Source: Escherichia phage UAB_Phi78. Taken from it: a DNA stretch of 43,984 nt. The stretch lies in sequence record GU595417; one strand, written 5' to 3'. The position numbers and the translations under genes were made by a program. This document shows positions 25,375-35,321 of the stretch, in pieces. A model generated the notes under the pieces. The model did not search any database. It worked only from the letters and a program-made list of their open reading frames with translations, and was not told the origin of the DNA. Every line of letters starts with the position of its first letter. Positions within the stretch are counted from its first letter, which is position 1.

Positions 25375-27785
25375 TGGAAGTTCAAGGTTCTTTAGGTCGC
25401 CAGATTCAAGGCATAAGCCAGCAACCTCCAGCAGTGAGGCTAGATGGACAGTGTTCAGAAATGGTTAACATGGTGCCTGATGTAGTGGAGGGAACTAAGT
25501 CCCGCATGGGTACAACTCATATTGCCAAGCTCTTAGAGTATGGCGAAGATGACATGGCAGTGCATCATTACCGTAGAGGTGGTGAAGGTGAAGAGGAATA
25601 CTTCTTCATAATGAAGAAGGGGCAAGTACCTGAAATCTTTGACAAACAAGGCCGTAAGTGCATGGTTCAATCCCAAGACGCACCCATGATCTACCTTAGT
25701 GAGGTGACTAACCCTAGAGAGGACGTGCAGTTTATGACAATTGCAGATGTCACTTTTATGCTTAATCGCAAGAAGGTGGTTAAAGCAAGACCAGAACGTT
25801 CCCCTAAAGTAGGAAATACTGCCATTGTCTTCATGGCCTATGGTCAATATGGTACTCATTACAAAATCATTATTGACGGTGTGGTGGCCGCAGGCTACAA
25901 GACCGCTGATGGTGCCGAAGCTCACCATATTGAGACTATTAGGACGGAGAGTATAGCGTACAACCTACATCAGTCACTTCAAAGCTGGGATAAAATTGGG
26001 GATTATGAGACGCAATTGGATGGTACATCAATCTACATTACAAGGAAAGACGGCTCTACTGACTTCGATATTACCACGGAAGATGGTGCCAAAGGTAAAG
26101 ATTTGGTAGCAATCAAATATAAGGTGGCATCAACCGACCTGCTGCCTTCACGTGCGCCAGAAGGGTACAAGGTACAAGTCTGGCCTACTGGCAGTAAACC
26201 GGAATCTAGGTATTGGTTGCAAGCGGAAAAGCAGAATGGGAACATTGTCTCTTGGAAGGAGACACTAGCCGCCGATGTGTTGATAGGGTTTGATAAATCA
26301 ACTATGCCTTACATCATAGAGCGTACAGGGTTTGTCAACGGAGTCGCACAGTTTAAGATACGGCAAGGAGACTGGGAAGACCGTAAGGTAGGTGATGACC
26401 TGACTAACCCTATGCCTTCCTTCATTGATGAGGAAGTACCTCAGACATTAGGTGGTATGTTCATGGTGCAGAATCGTCTATGTGTTACTGCTGGCGAGGC
26501 TGTAATTGCAACTCGCACATCCTACTTCTTTGACTTCTTCCGGTACACTGCTGTATCTGCTGTAGCAACTGACCCTTTTGATGTATTCTCAGATGCTAGT
26601 GAGGTTTATCAGCTCAAACATGCAGTTACCTTGGATGGGTCTACTGTCTTGTTTGCAGATAAATCTCAGTTCATCCTTCCTGGTGATAAGCCTCTTGAGA
26701 AGTCAAACGTATTGCTCAAACCTGTAACCACATTTGAAGTTAACAATAATGTCAAACCTGTAGCCACAGGTGAGTCTGTAATGTTTGCTACAAGTGAAGG
26801 TGCTTATTCAGGCATAAGGGAGTTCTACACAGACTCTTATAGTGATACCAAAAAGGCGCAAGCAATAACTAGTCATGCCAATAAGCTGCTGGAAGGTAAT
26901 GTTATCATGATGTCAGCCAGTACTAATGTGAACAGATTGCTTGTCTTGACCGACAAGTACCGAAACATTATCTACTGCTATGACTGGTTGTGGCAAGGAA
27001 CCGAACGGGTACAAGCTGCATGGCATAAATGGGAGTGGCCATTAGGTACATTCATTCGTGGTATGTTCTATTCAGGGGAACACTTGTATCTGCTCATCGA
27101 ACGTGGTAGTACAGGTGTGTACCTTGAACGTATGGATATGGGTGATGCGCTTGTATATAACCTGAATGACCGCATACGTATGGACAGGCAGGCTGAACTT
27201 ATCTTTAGACATGTCAAAGCGGAAGATGTCTGGGTATCTGAGCCGTTGCCTTGGCAACCAACCGATGTGGCCTTGCTTGATTGCGTGCTGATAGACGGCT
27301 GGGATTCTTACATAGGCGGGTCTTTCTTGTTTAGCTATAATTCAAGAGATAACACCTTAACTACAACCTTTGATATGCACGATGATAACCACGTGAAAGC
27401 TAAGGTAGTAGTAGGTCAGTTATATCCTCAAGAGTTTGAACCCACACAGGTAGTCATACGTGATAACCAAGAGAGGGTGTCTTACATAGATGTACCAACA
27501 GTTGGCTTGGTTCACCTTAATCTAGACAAGTACCCTGACTTCAAGGTTGAGGTCAAGAATTTGAAGAGTGGCAAAGTGCGAAATGTATTGGCCTCTAATA
27601 GAATAGGTGGTGCCAGAAATAATATTGTTGGTTATGTAGAGCCGAGAGAAGGTGTATTCAAATTCCCACTAAGGTCTCTTAGCACCGACACAGTTTATCG
27701 TGTGATGGTAGAATCACCTCACACCTTCCAGCTTAGAGATATCGAGTGGGAAGGTTCGTACAACCCTACTAAGAGGAGAGTGTAA
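25374..27785 (+). CDS. tail tubular protein B
   Basis: About 803 aa; ATG overlaps the upstream stop (TAATG); size and position equivalent to T7 gp12. Confidence 0.85.
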   Translation: MEVQGSLGRQIQGISQQPPAVRLDGQCSEMVNMVPDVVEGTKSRMGTTHIAKLLEYGEDDMAVHHYRRGGEGEEEYFFIMKKGQVPEIFDKQGRKCMVQSQDAPMIYLSEVTNPREDVQFMTIADVTFMLNRKKVVKARPERSPKVGNTAIVFMAYGQYGTHYKIIIDGVVAAGYKTADGAEAHHIETIRTESIAYNLHQSLQSWDKIGDYETQLDGTSIYITRKDGSTDFDITTEDGAKGKDLVAIKYKVASTDLLPSRAPEGYKVQVWPTGSKPESRYWLQAEKQNGNIVSWKETLAADVLIGFDKSTMPYIIERTGFVNGVAQFKIRQGDWEDRKVGDDLTNPMPSFIDEEVPQTLGGMFMVQNRLCVTAGEAVIATRTSYFFDFFRYTAVSAVATDPFDVFSDASEVYQLKHAVTLDGSTVLFADKSQFILPGDKPLEKSNVLLKPVTTFEVNNNVKPVATGESVMFATSEGAYSGIREFYTDSYSDTKKAQAITSHANKLLEGNVIMMSASTNVNRLLVLTDKYRNIIYCYDWLWQGTERVQAAWHKWEWPLGTFIRGMFYSGEHLYLLIERGSTGVYLERMDMGDALVYNLNDRIRMDRQAELIFRHVKAEDVWVSEPLPWQPTDVALLDCVLIDGWDSYIGGSFLFSYNSRDNTLTTTFDMHDDNHVKAKVVVGQLYPQEFEPTQVVIRDNQERVSYIDVPTVGLVHLNLDKYPDFKVEVKNLKSGKVRNVLASNRIGGARNNIVGYVEPREGVFKFPLRSLSTDTVYRVMVESPHTFQLRDIEWEGSYNPTKRRV

Positions 27786-28505
27786 ATGGCAATAGGTACT
27801 GCCCTTACAGCAGGCTTGTCCAGTGTAGCAGGTAGTGCTGCATCGGGTGGCTTCCTGTCTTCGTTGGGTGGTGCTATTGGTGCAGAAGGGATAATGGGTT
27901 CTGCCATGAGTTTCTTAGGTGGAACCACTGGAGGGTTCTCTAATGCTGGTCTCCTGTCGGCAGGTATGCAAATGCTTAACCCGATAGGGGACTACTTCAC
28001 GCAGAAAGAAACAGCGAAGGCGATGAAGAAGGCACAAGAGGAGCAATGGCGTCAGCAGTTGATAGCCACAAGAGAGGCTTATGCTTCCGTGGCTAATGCT
28101 GAAAGGTCGGCCTCTAAACAATATCATTCTGAACTAATAGACAATCAGGTATCCTTATTACAGCAAAGAGCACAAGTTGCCTTACTTGCAGGTGCGAGCG
28201 GCACAGGTGGTAACTCTATCACTTCTATGCTGAATGACCTGACAGGTGAAGCTGGTAGGAACCAAGCCACCATTATTGACAACTATGAAACACAGCAGAT
28301 TAACTTTGCTAACCAACTCAAGTCTATCCAGAAGGGTGGTCAGATGATGATGCGTTCATTTGAGAAGCCGTCTGCATTCAGCGCACTAGCCAAAGGCATG
28401 TCTGGTGTAGGCGAGGCTTACCTGTCTGGTCATCAGAAAGGTACAGCACTTAGCAAGGCTTGGTCTGATTCTAGGACATATTCATCAGGAACAAGAGGAG
28501 TTTAA
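27786..28505 (+). CDS. internal virion protein
   Basis: 239 aa, Gly/Ala/Ser-rich N-terminus; AAGAGGAGAG RBS. Confidence 0.7.
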   Translation: MAIGTALTAGLSSVAGSAASGGFLSSLGGAIGAEGIMGSAMSFLGGTTGGFSNAGLLSAGMQMLNPIGDYFTQKETAKAMKKAQEEQWRQQLIATREAYASVANAERSASKQYHSELIDNQVSLLQQRAQVALLAGASGTGGNSITSMLNDLTGEAGRNQATIIDNYETQQINFANQLKSIQKGGQMMMRSFEKPSAFSALAKGMSGVGEAYLSGHQKGTALSKAWSDSRTYSSGTRGV

Positions 28506-31442
28506 ATGGCAATTGAACGTCAAGCTGTACAGGGCTTACGCCGAGTGCAGTCTACTGGTGGGCCAAGTGCTGCTAGTTTTGCGACTCGTCAGGTTGGGGT
28601 GCAAGAGACTAGTGCATCTGGTAGCCGCTTTCTTGAAGACCTTGTAAATGCTGCTGGCAGTTTGGCGACTGTCACTACTTCTATCCTGAACCAAAGGGTG
28701 GAAGATGATAAGGTACGACAATACAACCGGGCGTTAACTGGCCTGATGCCAACTGAAGATGCAACGGTTGGTGGCGCTCGCGCACACATGCTTGTCAGCT
28801 TACAAAATGACATCATCGCGCAAACCATGCAACTGTCCGATGATGCACAGCGTTTTGATGGTGATGACAGCCAATGGGAAGATCACGTTATCAACGCACG
28901 CATGGCTGTTCAAGACCGCCTGTGGGATACCTACCCTGAACTGCGTGGAGATAAGGAGTCCATGCGGGTAGTAACTAACGCCTTCATGGAGCAGCAACCT
29001 AAGATCTTTGCAGCAAGAGAGACTGCCAAGTTGAAGCAGGAAGCTGAATCTCGTATCAAGTCTATGGAATCTCGCATTCTGTTGGCTACACGTGATGTTC
29101 CTGGAGAAGCTATGGGTGATGCCTTGAATCAGTTGCAGAAAGAAGCTATGGCTATGCAAATCACCAAGCAGGAGTTTGATGCGCTGGTTTCTCAGTTGGC
29201 ATCTAATCGTGCAGCTATTGGTGATGATTCTATGATTCAAGGAACCAAGGCTCTCAAGGATGAGAATGGAGTGTCACTTTATGACCGAGTAGGTCAGTTG
29301 CAGACAGGTGAGATTCAGGCCAACCGAACATGGGCGGCGCAGAACCAAGTGGCGCTCTTTGAGAAGAAGGATGCTGCAATCAAAGCCTTTGAGGCTGGAC
29401 AGCTTAACCGTGAGCAGCTACTTCAGGTTATGCAGAACCATAATGAAATCTCAGGGGGCACTGCTTGGTCTGATAGCGAGATCAAATCTTTATTTGATAG
29501 GCAAGCTAAGGTTCGTGCTGAGTCTGCCAAACTAGAAGACTTGGTGGCCCGTGGTGAACATGGCTCTCCTTTAGGCTTGCAAGACATCAGCAAGGAAGAC
29601 CGCAAGGCGTATGCTGGTGCATTGGTTGATGCCTACACCAAGTTGGCCAATGACGAGATAACTCGTACCGGAGCTACTGGTGAAGAAGCTGAGGCCATCC
29701 GTGGACGCTATGAGCAGATGCGATACGCCAAGCTGGGGCAGCAGTTGATTGAAGACCCCATCATCAAAGAACGATATGGCTCGCTAATGCAACTATCTTC
29801 TGCCAACCTGAAAGATATGAAGGTTGAACCTGAAGCATTACAGACTATTATGCGAGCACGTGATTCTATCCCGGAAGATGCACGCCGGGCGGTGATGGGT
29901 GACAAGGAGTATGCCTTTGCGGAGAACTATGACTTGGCTACACGCATGGGTTATACGCCGGGGCAGGCCATAGAGTTTGCACAGAATGCATCGCGTGGCG
30001 ATAAGCTTCCCGGTTCTGTTATGAAAGAATTGAATGATGAAGTCGATGGTGTAGTTAGCGATGTGGCTAGTGGTAGCTGGCTTACGCGTGGCGACAACAT
30101 GAGCGACATGGGACGTGATCTTATGTTAGAAGAGGCAAACCAGATTGCCCGCTCTATGAAGGTTGCAGGTCATAACAATGACACCATTAAGCGACATCTT
30201 AAATCTTTCCTACAGAATCAGTACACTCAACTATCTGAAGGTTTCTTCACTCAAGGTGTTCTGGTCAAAGGTGATGTGAGAACGCTAGGTGACACTATAG
30301 GCACCAACCAAGGAGACGTACCTACGGTATTACGTCAGTACCTTGACAACCATAAGCAAGCCTTGCTGGATGCATCTGGCGGTATGGAAGAAGGAGACTT
30401 GTACTTTGATGTAGACTCTAAGCGCGGTATGTTTACAATACGTGCTGGTTCTGGTCGTGTACCAGTTACTCCAGCTATGCCTTTGTCTGAAATCAAAGGA
30501 CAGGACTTACTGAAGGAGCACTACGAGAAGGCAGTGAAAGAGCGCGATGAGGCTAAGAAGAACTTTGAAGCTAATCAGATGCGTATGTGGGGTGCTGGCG
30601 GGTATCAAGCTCCTGCACCAGAAAAGACTACAGCTAAGACTGTAGGTTCCCGTGGTATCGCTGACTTCCTCATGTCACCAGCCTTTGCATCAGGTGAGAA
30701 TCTACCTTCCAACTTTGAATTCAACTACAAGAGGAATAACATGGACTTCTACAATTATGTAGCTAAGACCGAGAACGGGGCCAACGTAGGGTTCGACCGA
30801 GTAGCTGGTGTATACACTCCGTACAAAGATGCACACGGTCAATCTGTGGGCTACGGTCACTTCCTCACGGAGGAGGAGAAGAAGAATGGATACATCACTA
30901 TTGGCGAAGATAAAGTACCATTTGCACCGGGACAATCTCAGTTAACACCTGAGCGTGCAATGCGCCTGCTTGAGCAGGACATGAAGAGTCACGTACCTAG
31001 CACAAAGGATTGGGCTGTACCTTTTGATGCAATGCATCCGGGAGTGCAACGTGGCCTCATGGACTTGTCTTATAACTTAGGCAAGGCTGGCATCAAGAAT
31101 GCGCCAAAGGCTTATGCAGCATTCAAGGCTGGCAAGTTCACTGATGGGTTTATCGAGATGCTGTCTACTGCATCTACTGAAGGTAAGCGCAGTTCAGGTC
31201 TGCTAGTTCGCAGGGCAGAAGCCTATAACCTTGCACAAAGCGGAGGTGCTGTTCCTAAGATTAGCGAAGTGGAGACGAGGGAAGATGGCTCCATGTACGT
31301 TAGGTTCTCAGGTAACATGTCAGAAGCATTTGTGAGCAAGTCTATCCTTGGCAAGATAGGCAAAGATGGGTGGATGGAAGTCTACCAGCCTAAAGCAGGA
31401 GCACTTGCAAGCGGCACCAAAGTGGGTCGCATTAAACTGTAG
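28506..31442 (+). CDS. internal virion protein with C-terminal lysozyme-like domain
   Basis: 978 aa; YKDAHGQSVGYGHFLT matches the T4-lysozyme-family pattern YKD..G....G.GH.LT. Confidence 0.8.
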   Translation: MAIERQAVQGLRRVQSTGGPSAASFATRQVGVQETSASGSRFLEDLVNAAGSLATVTTSILNQRVEDDKVRQYNRALTGLMPTEDATVGGARAHMLVSLQNDIIAQTMQLSDDAQRFDGDDSQWEDHVINARMAVQDRLWDTYPELRGDKESMRVVTNAFMEQQPKIFAARETAKLKQEAESRIKSMESRILLATRDVPGEAMGDALNQLQKEAMAMQITKQEFDALVSQLASNRAAIGDDSMIQGTKALKDENGVSLYDRVGQLQTGEIQANRTWAAQNQVALFEKKDAAIKAFEAGQLNREQLLQVMQNHNEISGGTAWSDSEIKSLFDRQAKVRAESAKLEDLVARGEHGSPLGLQDISKEDRKAYAGALVDAYTKLANDEITRTGATGEEAEAIRGRYEQMRYAKLGQQLIEDPIIKERYGSLMQLSSANLKDMKVEPEALQTIMRARDSIPEDARRAVMGDKEYAFAENYDLATRMGYTPGQAIEFAQNASRGDKLPGSVMKELNDEVDGVVSDVASGSWLTRGDNMSDMGRDLMLEEANQIARSMKVAGHNNDTIKRHLKSFLQNQYTQLSEGFFTQGVLVKGDVRTLGDTIGTNQGDVPTVLRQYLDNHKQALLDASGGMEEGDLYFDVDSKRGMFTIRAGSGRVPVTPAMPLSEIKGQDLLKEHYEKAVKERDEAKKNFEANQMRMWGAGGYQAPAPEKTTAKTVGSRGIADFLMSPAFASGENLPSNFEFNYKRNNMDFYNYVAKTENGANVGFDRVAGVYTPYKDAHGQSVGYGHFLTEEEKKNGYITIGEDKVPFAPGQSQLTPERAMRLLEQDMKSHVPSTKDWAVPFDAMHPGVQRGLMDLSYNLGKAGIKNAPKAYAAFKAGKFTDGFIEMLSTASTEGKRSSGLLVRRAEAYNLAQSGGAVPKISEVETREDGSMYVRFSGNMSEAFVSKSILGKIGKDGWMEVYQPKAGALASGTKVGRIKL
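30282..30303 (+). promoter_or_regulatory. internal SP6-type promoter-like sequence inside the internal virion protein gene
   Basis: acgctaggtgacactataggc matches the consensus core TAGGTGACACTATAG exactly, with a divergent upstream end. Confidence 0.5.
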
Positions 31443-31458
31443 TGTCATACTCAAGGTT

Positions 31459-31474
31459 GTCTAACACGTTGGAC
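31459..31474 (+). repeat. 16-bp near-palindromic element
   Basis: gtctaacacgttggac in the 66-bp gap between the two large internal virion protein genes. Confidence 0.7.
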
Positions 31475-31508
31475 AGCCTTTATGAATGACATTAACTAAG
31501 GAGGTAAC

Positions 31509-34500
31509 ATGGCTGACGATATTAGCCAAAGCTGGGTGACGGTATCTCAACGCAGGTTGCCGCCTACCTTTGCACAAGTGGCAGAAGCCGAGCGTAAGCT
31601 TGAAGAACAAAGAGCTAACGATAAGGTCATGCAGACTGCACTGGAAAGCGAATGGGCGCTATACGGTGGTCAGCGTGCTATTGAACGGCATACAACGGAG
31701 TTTGCCGAACAAGAAGGCTACACAGTTCCTGAGTCAACAAAAGATGAACTGTCAAAGATTCATGGTTTTGAAATTGCACAGGATATTGTGAAGGATGTTA
31801 AGTCACCAGAAGAATTGCAGTTCCGTATGTCCAATGCGATGGCAGACAAGGAGCGGTCGGAGATACTTGCACGTAATGGATTTACAGGGTTTAGCGCACA
31901 GTTAGCTGCTGGTATTCTTGACCCAGTTGGTTGGGCTGCTTCTATGGTTGCCGCCCCTGTAGCTGGTGCAGTCAAGGTCGCCCGTGTCGGTCGTATCATA
32001 AAGACGGCAGCAGTGGCTGGTGCCGAGAACGCAGCATTGGAAGCCATCCTAGCCAGTGGTGATTACCAGAAGGGCGCAGATGATGTGCTGGCTGCTGCTG
32101 GCTTTGGTATGATAATGGGTGGCACTATCGGGGCAGCCACACGTGAACGCATCGCCAGAAAGCCGGGAGTACAAGGCGTGAATGATGGTGCTGAAGCAGT
32201 GGTAGATGACTTGGATACTGTCGTGAAAGGTGCTGATGAGTTTGATGCATCTGCGGCCAAGGCTGTGCGTGAGGCTATGGAGTATGACGCTTACATGGCT
32301 GTGCGTTCCTATGAACCGCTGAAGGCTAAGGAAGTGGATATGGATGTCGCAATCCTCTCCCACTTAGATGACCTGAAGGCGAACTCTAGCGTGCGTATGA
32401 GTGCCTCCGAGAAGGGTAAACTGAAGGAGCAGATACGTCAGCTTGAAGCAGAAGCCGCCACTATGAAAGGTAAGAAGGTAGATGCCGTGGCAGAAGCTGC
32501 TGCTGCTAAGGGTGCGCCTAAGTCTGCTGCTGACAGGCTGGACTTGGATGTTAAGAAGAAGGCACTGGCACGTCGCTTTGATGAGCCGCTTGCCGACATC
32601 CAAACAAGACTCGACGAGCTTAATGCTAAACTGGCCCGCGTGGAGAACGTAGGTAAGTCCAAGGAGGAGCTGAAGAGATTCTCTAGCTTAACTAGAGAGC
32701 AGCAAATCAAGGAGCTAGGGTTAGATGCTCCGGCTCGTAAAGTGGAGATGACAAGTGCGGTACGGGAAGCTCTTGCGGCTATACGTGCTGAGAAGAAGAA
32801 GACACCAACGCAGGCCCATGCCGAAGCTAAAGCACAGGCTGAAGAGGAAGTACGGCAGAAGCGAGATGATTCTATCGGCGCTAAACGTGTAGAGGATTCG
32901 GAAATTGCAGGCGAGCAGTTTGACCTGTCTGATAGCATGGAAGACCTTATGGACGACCTTGCACGCGAAGCCTATCAGTCTGAAGTTAGACCTGTGAATC
33001 TCAAGGGTCTTGGTTCTGTGTCTTCCGTGATTCTGAACTCAAAGAACCCTGTGTTTCGTGGCCTTGGCTTGCGACTGCTGGAAAACGCACAAGGTGGTGC
33101 CTACCAAGGCAAGACTGCCTCTATCTTATCTAACGTATATGGTAACTTGATTCGCTTTGCGGAGAAGAACCGATACAATGATGGCTTCTCTCAGTTCATC
33201 AAGGATAACAACCTACGTGCTGTTGATTACCTGAACCCTGCTGTTACGAGAGACTTTAATAACCAGATTTACACTGCTATTGTCAAAGGTATACCTGATG
33301 ATACACCACGTGGTGTTAAGCTTGCTGCTGAAGGTATCGCAGATAAACTGGCTAAGTCCCTTGAAATTAGAAAGGCTGCTGGTGAGAAAGGCTTCGAAGA
33401 TGTCAAGTCAGCACGTGACTACATCCCTGTAATCTATGATGGTATCAAGGTAACTGAAGCAGTCAATAGGCTGGGTAGCAGCGAGGCGGTTATTGCCCTG
33501 TTGTCCAAAGGTTATCAGACTGGTAAGTATAAGATGGGCAAGAAGGCAGCAGATGCACTAGCTAAGGTTCAGTATATCCGCGCCTCCGACTCAACCTTAT
33601 CAAGTCGTGTGGCCTTTGACAGGGTAGTATCGCAGCAACAACAAGCACAGCTTATTGAAGACCTGAAGAAGGCAGGTGTGCCTGATAACATCATCGATAA
33701 CTTCATTGAAGGCACTGAGTTGCAAGAGATGGCGGAGTCCGTATCTAACCGAGCTAAGGCAAGCATGGGTATCAATACTCAGGCTGAATATGGCGGGATG
33801 AAGGTTCAGGACTTGCTCAACACTAACGTAGGTGAGTTGGCGGAGAACTACGGCAAAGAGGCAGCAGGCGGTGCAGCTTTGGCGGCGATGGGCTTCCCTA
33901 CCCGTCAGTCTGTATTGAATGCGATTGACGCAGCAGAACGCGCAGGACGTAATATGGCGGGTGCTGACGCCAAGGCAATCAAACAGCTTAGGGCGGAATC
34001 AGAAATGCTCAGGGACTCCGTGAAGCTCATATACGGCAACACTATCGACGCAGACCCAAATGCTGGTATTGTCCGAGGGACTCGCCGTGTACGTGAAATC
34101 ACTGGCCTGTTGCGTTTGGGTCAGATGGGCTTTGCACAGGTGCCGGAGTTGGCCCGCGCCATTACCAAGATGGGAGTGGGTACAGTGCTGAAGTCGATAC
34201 CTGCCACGAAGTTCTTACGCTCCCGCGCTGGACGTAAGGGTGGAACAGCACAAGGTGAATTACTTGAGCCTGAACTGAGGGAGATGGAAGAACTCATAGG
34301 CTACATCGGAGAAGACAACTGGCTATCAGGTTGGAACGTAAGGCACGATGAGTTCGGCGAGACCGCTGACAACATGGGGCGTCTGTCCGCCATCATCGAT
34401 AATGGGCTAGCTATGGGTAGCCGTATTAACACATGGCTGTCTGGTTTCAAGGCAATACAGGGTGGTTCTGAGAAGATTGTAGCACGCTCTATCAATAAGC

Positions 34501-35321
34501 GACTCAAGCAACATTTGATGGGTGAGCGGGAGCTACCTAAGCGTGACCTTGAAGAAGTCGGTTTGGATGAGGCTACCATGAAGCGACTCAAGCGCCACTT
34601 TGATGAGAACCCGATGTATGCCGACTATAATGGTGAGAAGATTCGAATGATGAATTTTGACGCTATGGAGCCAGACTTACGAGAAACCGTAGGTGTGGCA
34701 GTACGCCGTATGTCAGGTCGTCTTATTCAGCGTAACTTCATTGGCGATGAAGGTATCTGGATGAATAAGTGGTGGGGTAAGGCTCTTACTCAGTTTAAAT
34801 CATTCTCTATTGTGTCTATTGAGAAACAGCTTATTCACGACTTGCGTGGTGATAAGATTCAGGCAGCACAGATTATGGCATGGTCTTCCTTGCTGGGCTT
34901 TGCATCATACGCTACACAGATGCAGATGCAGGCAATTGGACGAGAAGACCGAGACAAGTTCTTACGGGAGAAGTTTGATACACAGAACATCGCTATGGGT
35001 GTATTCAATAAACTTCCACAAGTAGCTGGCTTTGGCCTAGCTGGAGATGCCTTGGCAACATTCGGCCTTATGCCTGACTCCATGATGCAGGCACCGGGTC
35101 GTATGGGCTTCCGCCAGCAAGGATTTGGCGACTTGGTGGCTGGTGCTGGTGTCATAAGTGATGCTGTGAACTTGTCACAGGCTTTAGTGAAGTACGCCAA
35201 TGGGGACGACGATGTTTCCACTAGGCAGTTAGTAGATAAGGTACGACGTCTTGTGCCTTTGGCAAATACGATTGGTGTAGGTCAGATGACCAAGGCCAGC
35301 GTAGACTTATTGGAGGACTGA
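31509..35321 (+). CDS. internal virion protein (large, T7 gp16-class)
   Basis: 1270 aa; TAAGGAGGT RBS; position equivalent to T7 gp16. Confidence 0.8.
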   Translation: MADDISQSWVTVSQRRLPPTFAQVAEAERKLEEQRANDKVMQTALESEWALYGGQRAIERHTTEFAEQEGYTVPESTKDELSKIHGFEIAQDIVKDVKSPEELQFRMSNAMADKERSEILARNGFTGFSAQLAAGILDPVGWAASMVAAPVAGAVKVARVGRIIKTAAVAGAENAALEAILASGDYQKGADDVLAAAGFGMIMGGTIGAATRERIARKPGVQGVNDGAEAVVDDLDTVVKGADEFDASAAKAVREAMEYDAYMAVRSYEPLKAKEVDMDVAILSHLDDLKANSSVRMSASEKGKLKEQIRQLEAEAATMKGKKVDAVAEAAAAKGAPKSAADRLDLDVKKKALARRFDEPLADIQTRLDELNAKLARVENVGKSKEELKRFSSLTREQQIKELGLDAPARKVEMTSAVREALAAIRAEKKKTPTQAHAEAKAQAEEEVRQKRDDSIGAKRVEDSEIAGEQFDLSDSMEDLMDDLAREAYQSEVRPVNLKGLGSVSSVILNSKNPVFRGLGLRLLENAQGGAYQGKTASILSNVYGNLIRFAEKNRYNDGFSQFIKDNNLRAVDYLNPAVTRDFNNQIYTAIVKGIPDDTPRGVKLAAEGIADKLAKSLEIRKAAGEKGFEDVKSARDYIPVIYDGIKVTEAVNRLGSSEAVIALLSKGYQTGKYKMGKKAADALAKVQYIRASDSTLSSRVAFDRVVSQQQQAQLIEDLKKAGVPDNIIDNFIEGTELQEMAESVSNRAKASMGINTQAEYGGMKVQDLLNTNVGELAENYGKEAAGGAALAAMGFPTRQSVLNAIDAAERAGRNMAGADAKAIKQLRAESEMLRDSVKLIYGNTIDADPNAGIVRGTRRVREITGLLRLGQMGFAQVPELARAITKMGVGTVLKSIPATKFLRSRAGRKGGTAQGELLEPELREMEELIGYIGEDNWLSGWNVRHDEFGETADNMGRLSAIIDNGLAMGSRINTWLSGFKAIQGGSEKIVARSINKRLKQHLMGERELPKRDLEEVGLDEATMKRLKRHFDENPMYADYNGEKIRMMNFDAMEPDLRETVGVAVRRMSGRLIQRNFIGDEGIWMNKWWGKALTQFKSFSIVSIEKQLIHDLRGDKIQAAQIMAWSSLLGFASYATQMQMQAIGREDRDKFLREKFDTQNIAMGVFNKLPQVAGFGLAGDALATFGLMPDSMMQAPGRMGFRQQGFGDLVAGAGVISDAVNLSQALVKYANGDDDVSTRQLVDKVRRLVPLANTIGVGQMTKASVDLLED

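Noticed and set aside
31476-31508. Possible SP6-type promoter after the palindromic element at 31459.
   Set aside because: The downstream sequence (tttatgaatgacattaactaag) matches the promoter consensus at too few positions to call.
32438-32938. 166-aa minus-strand ORF antisense to the large internal virion protein gene.
   Set aside because: Same reasoning: antisense to a 1270-aa + strand gene in an Ala/Lys/Glu-rich region, with no RBS.
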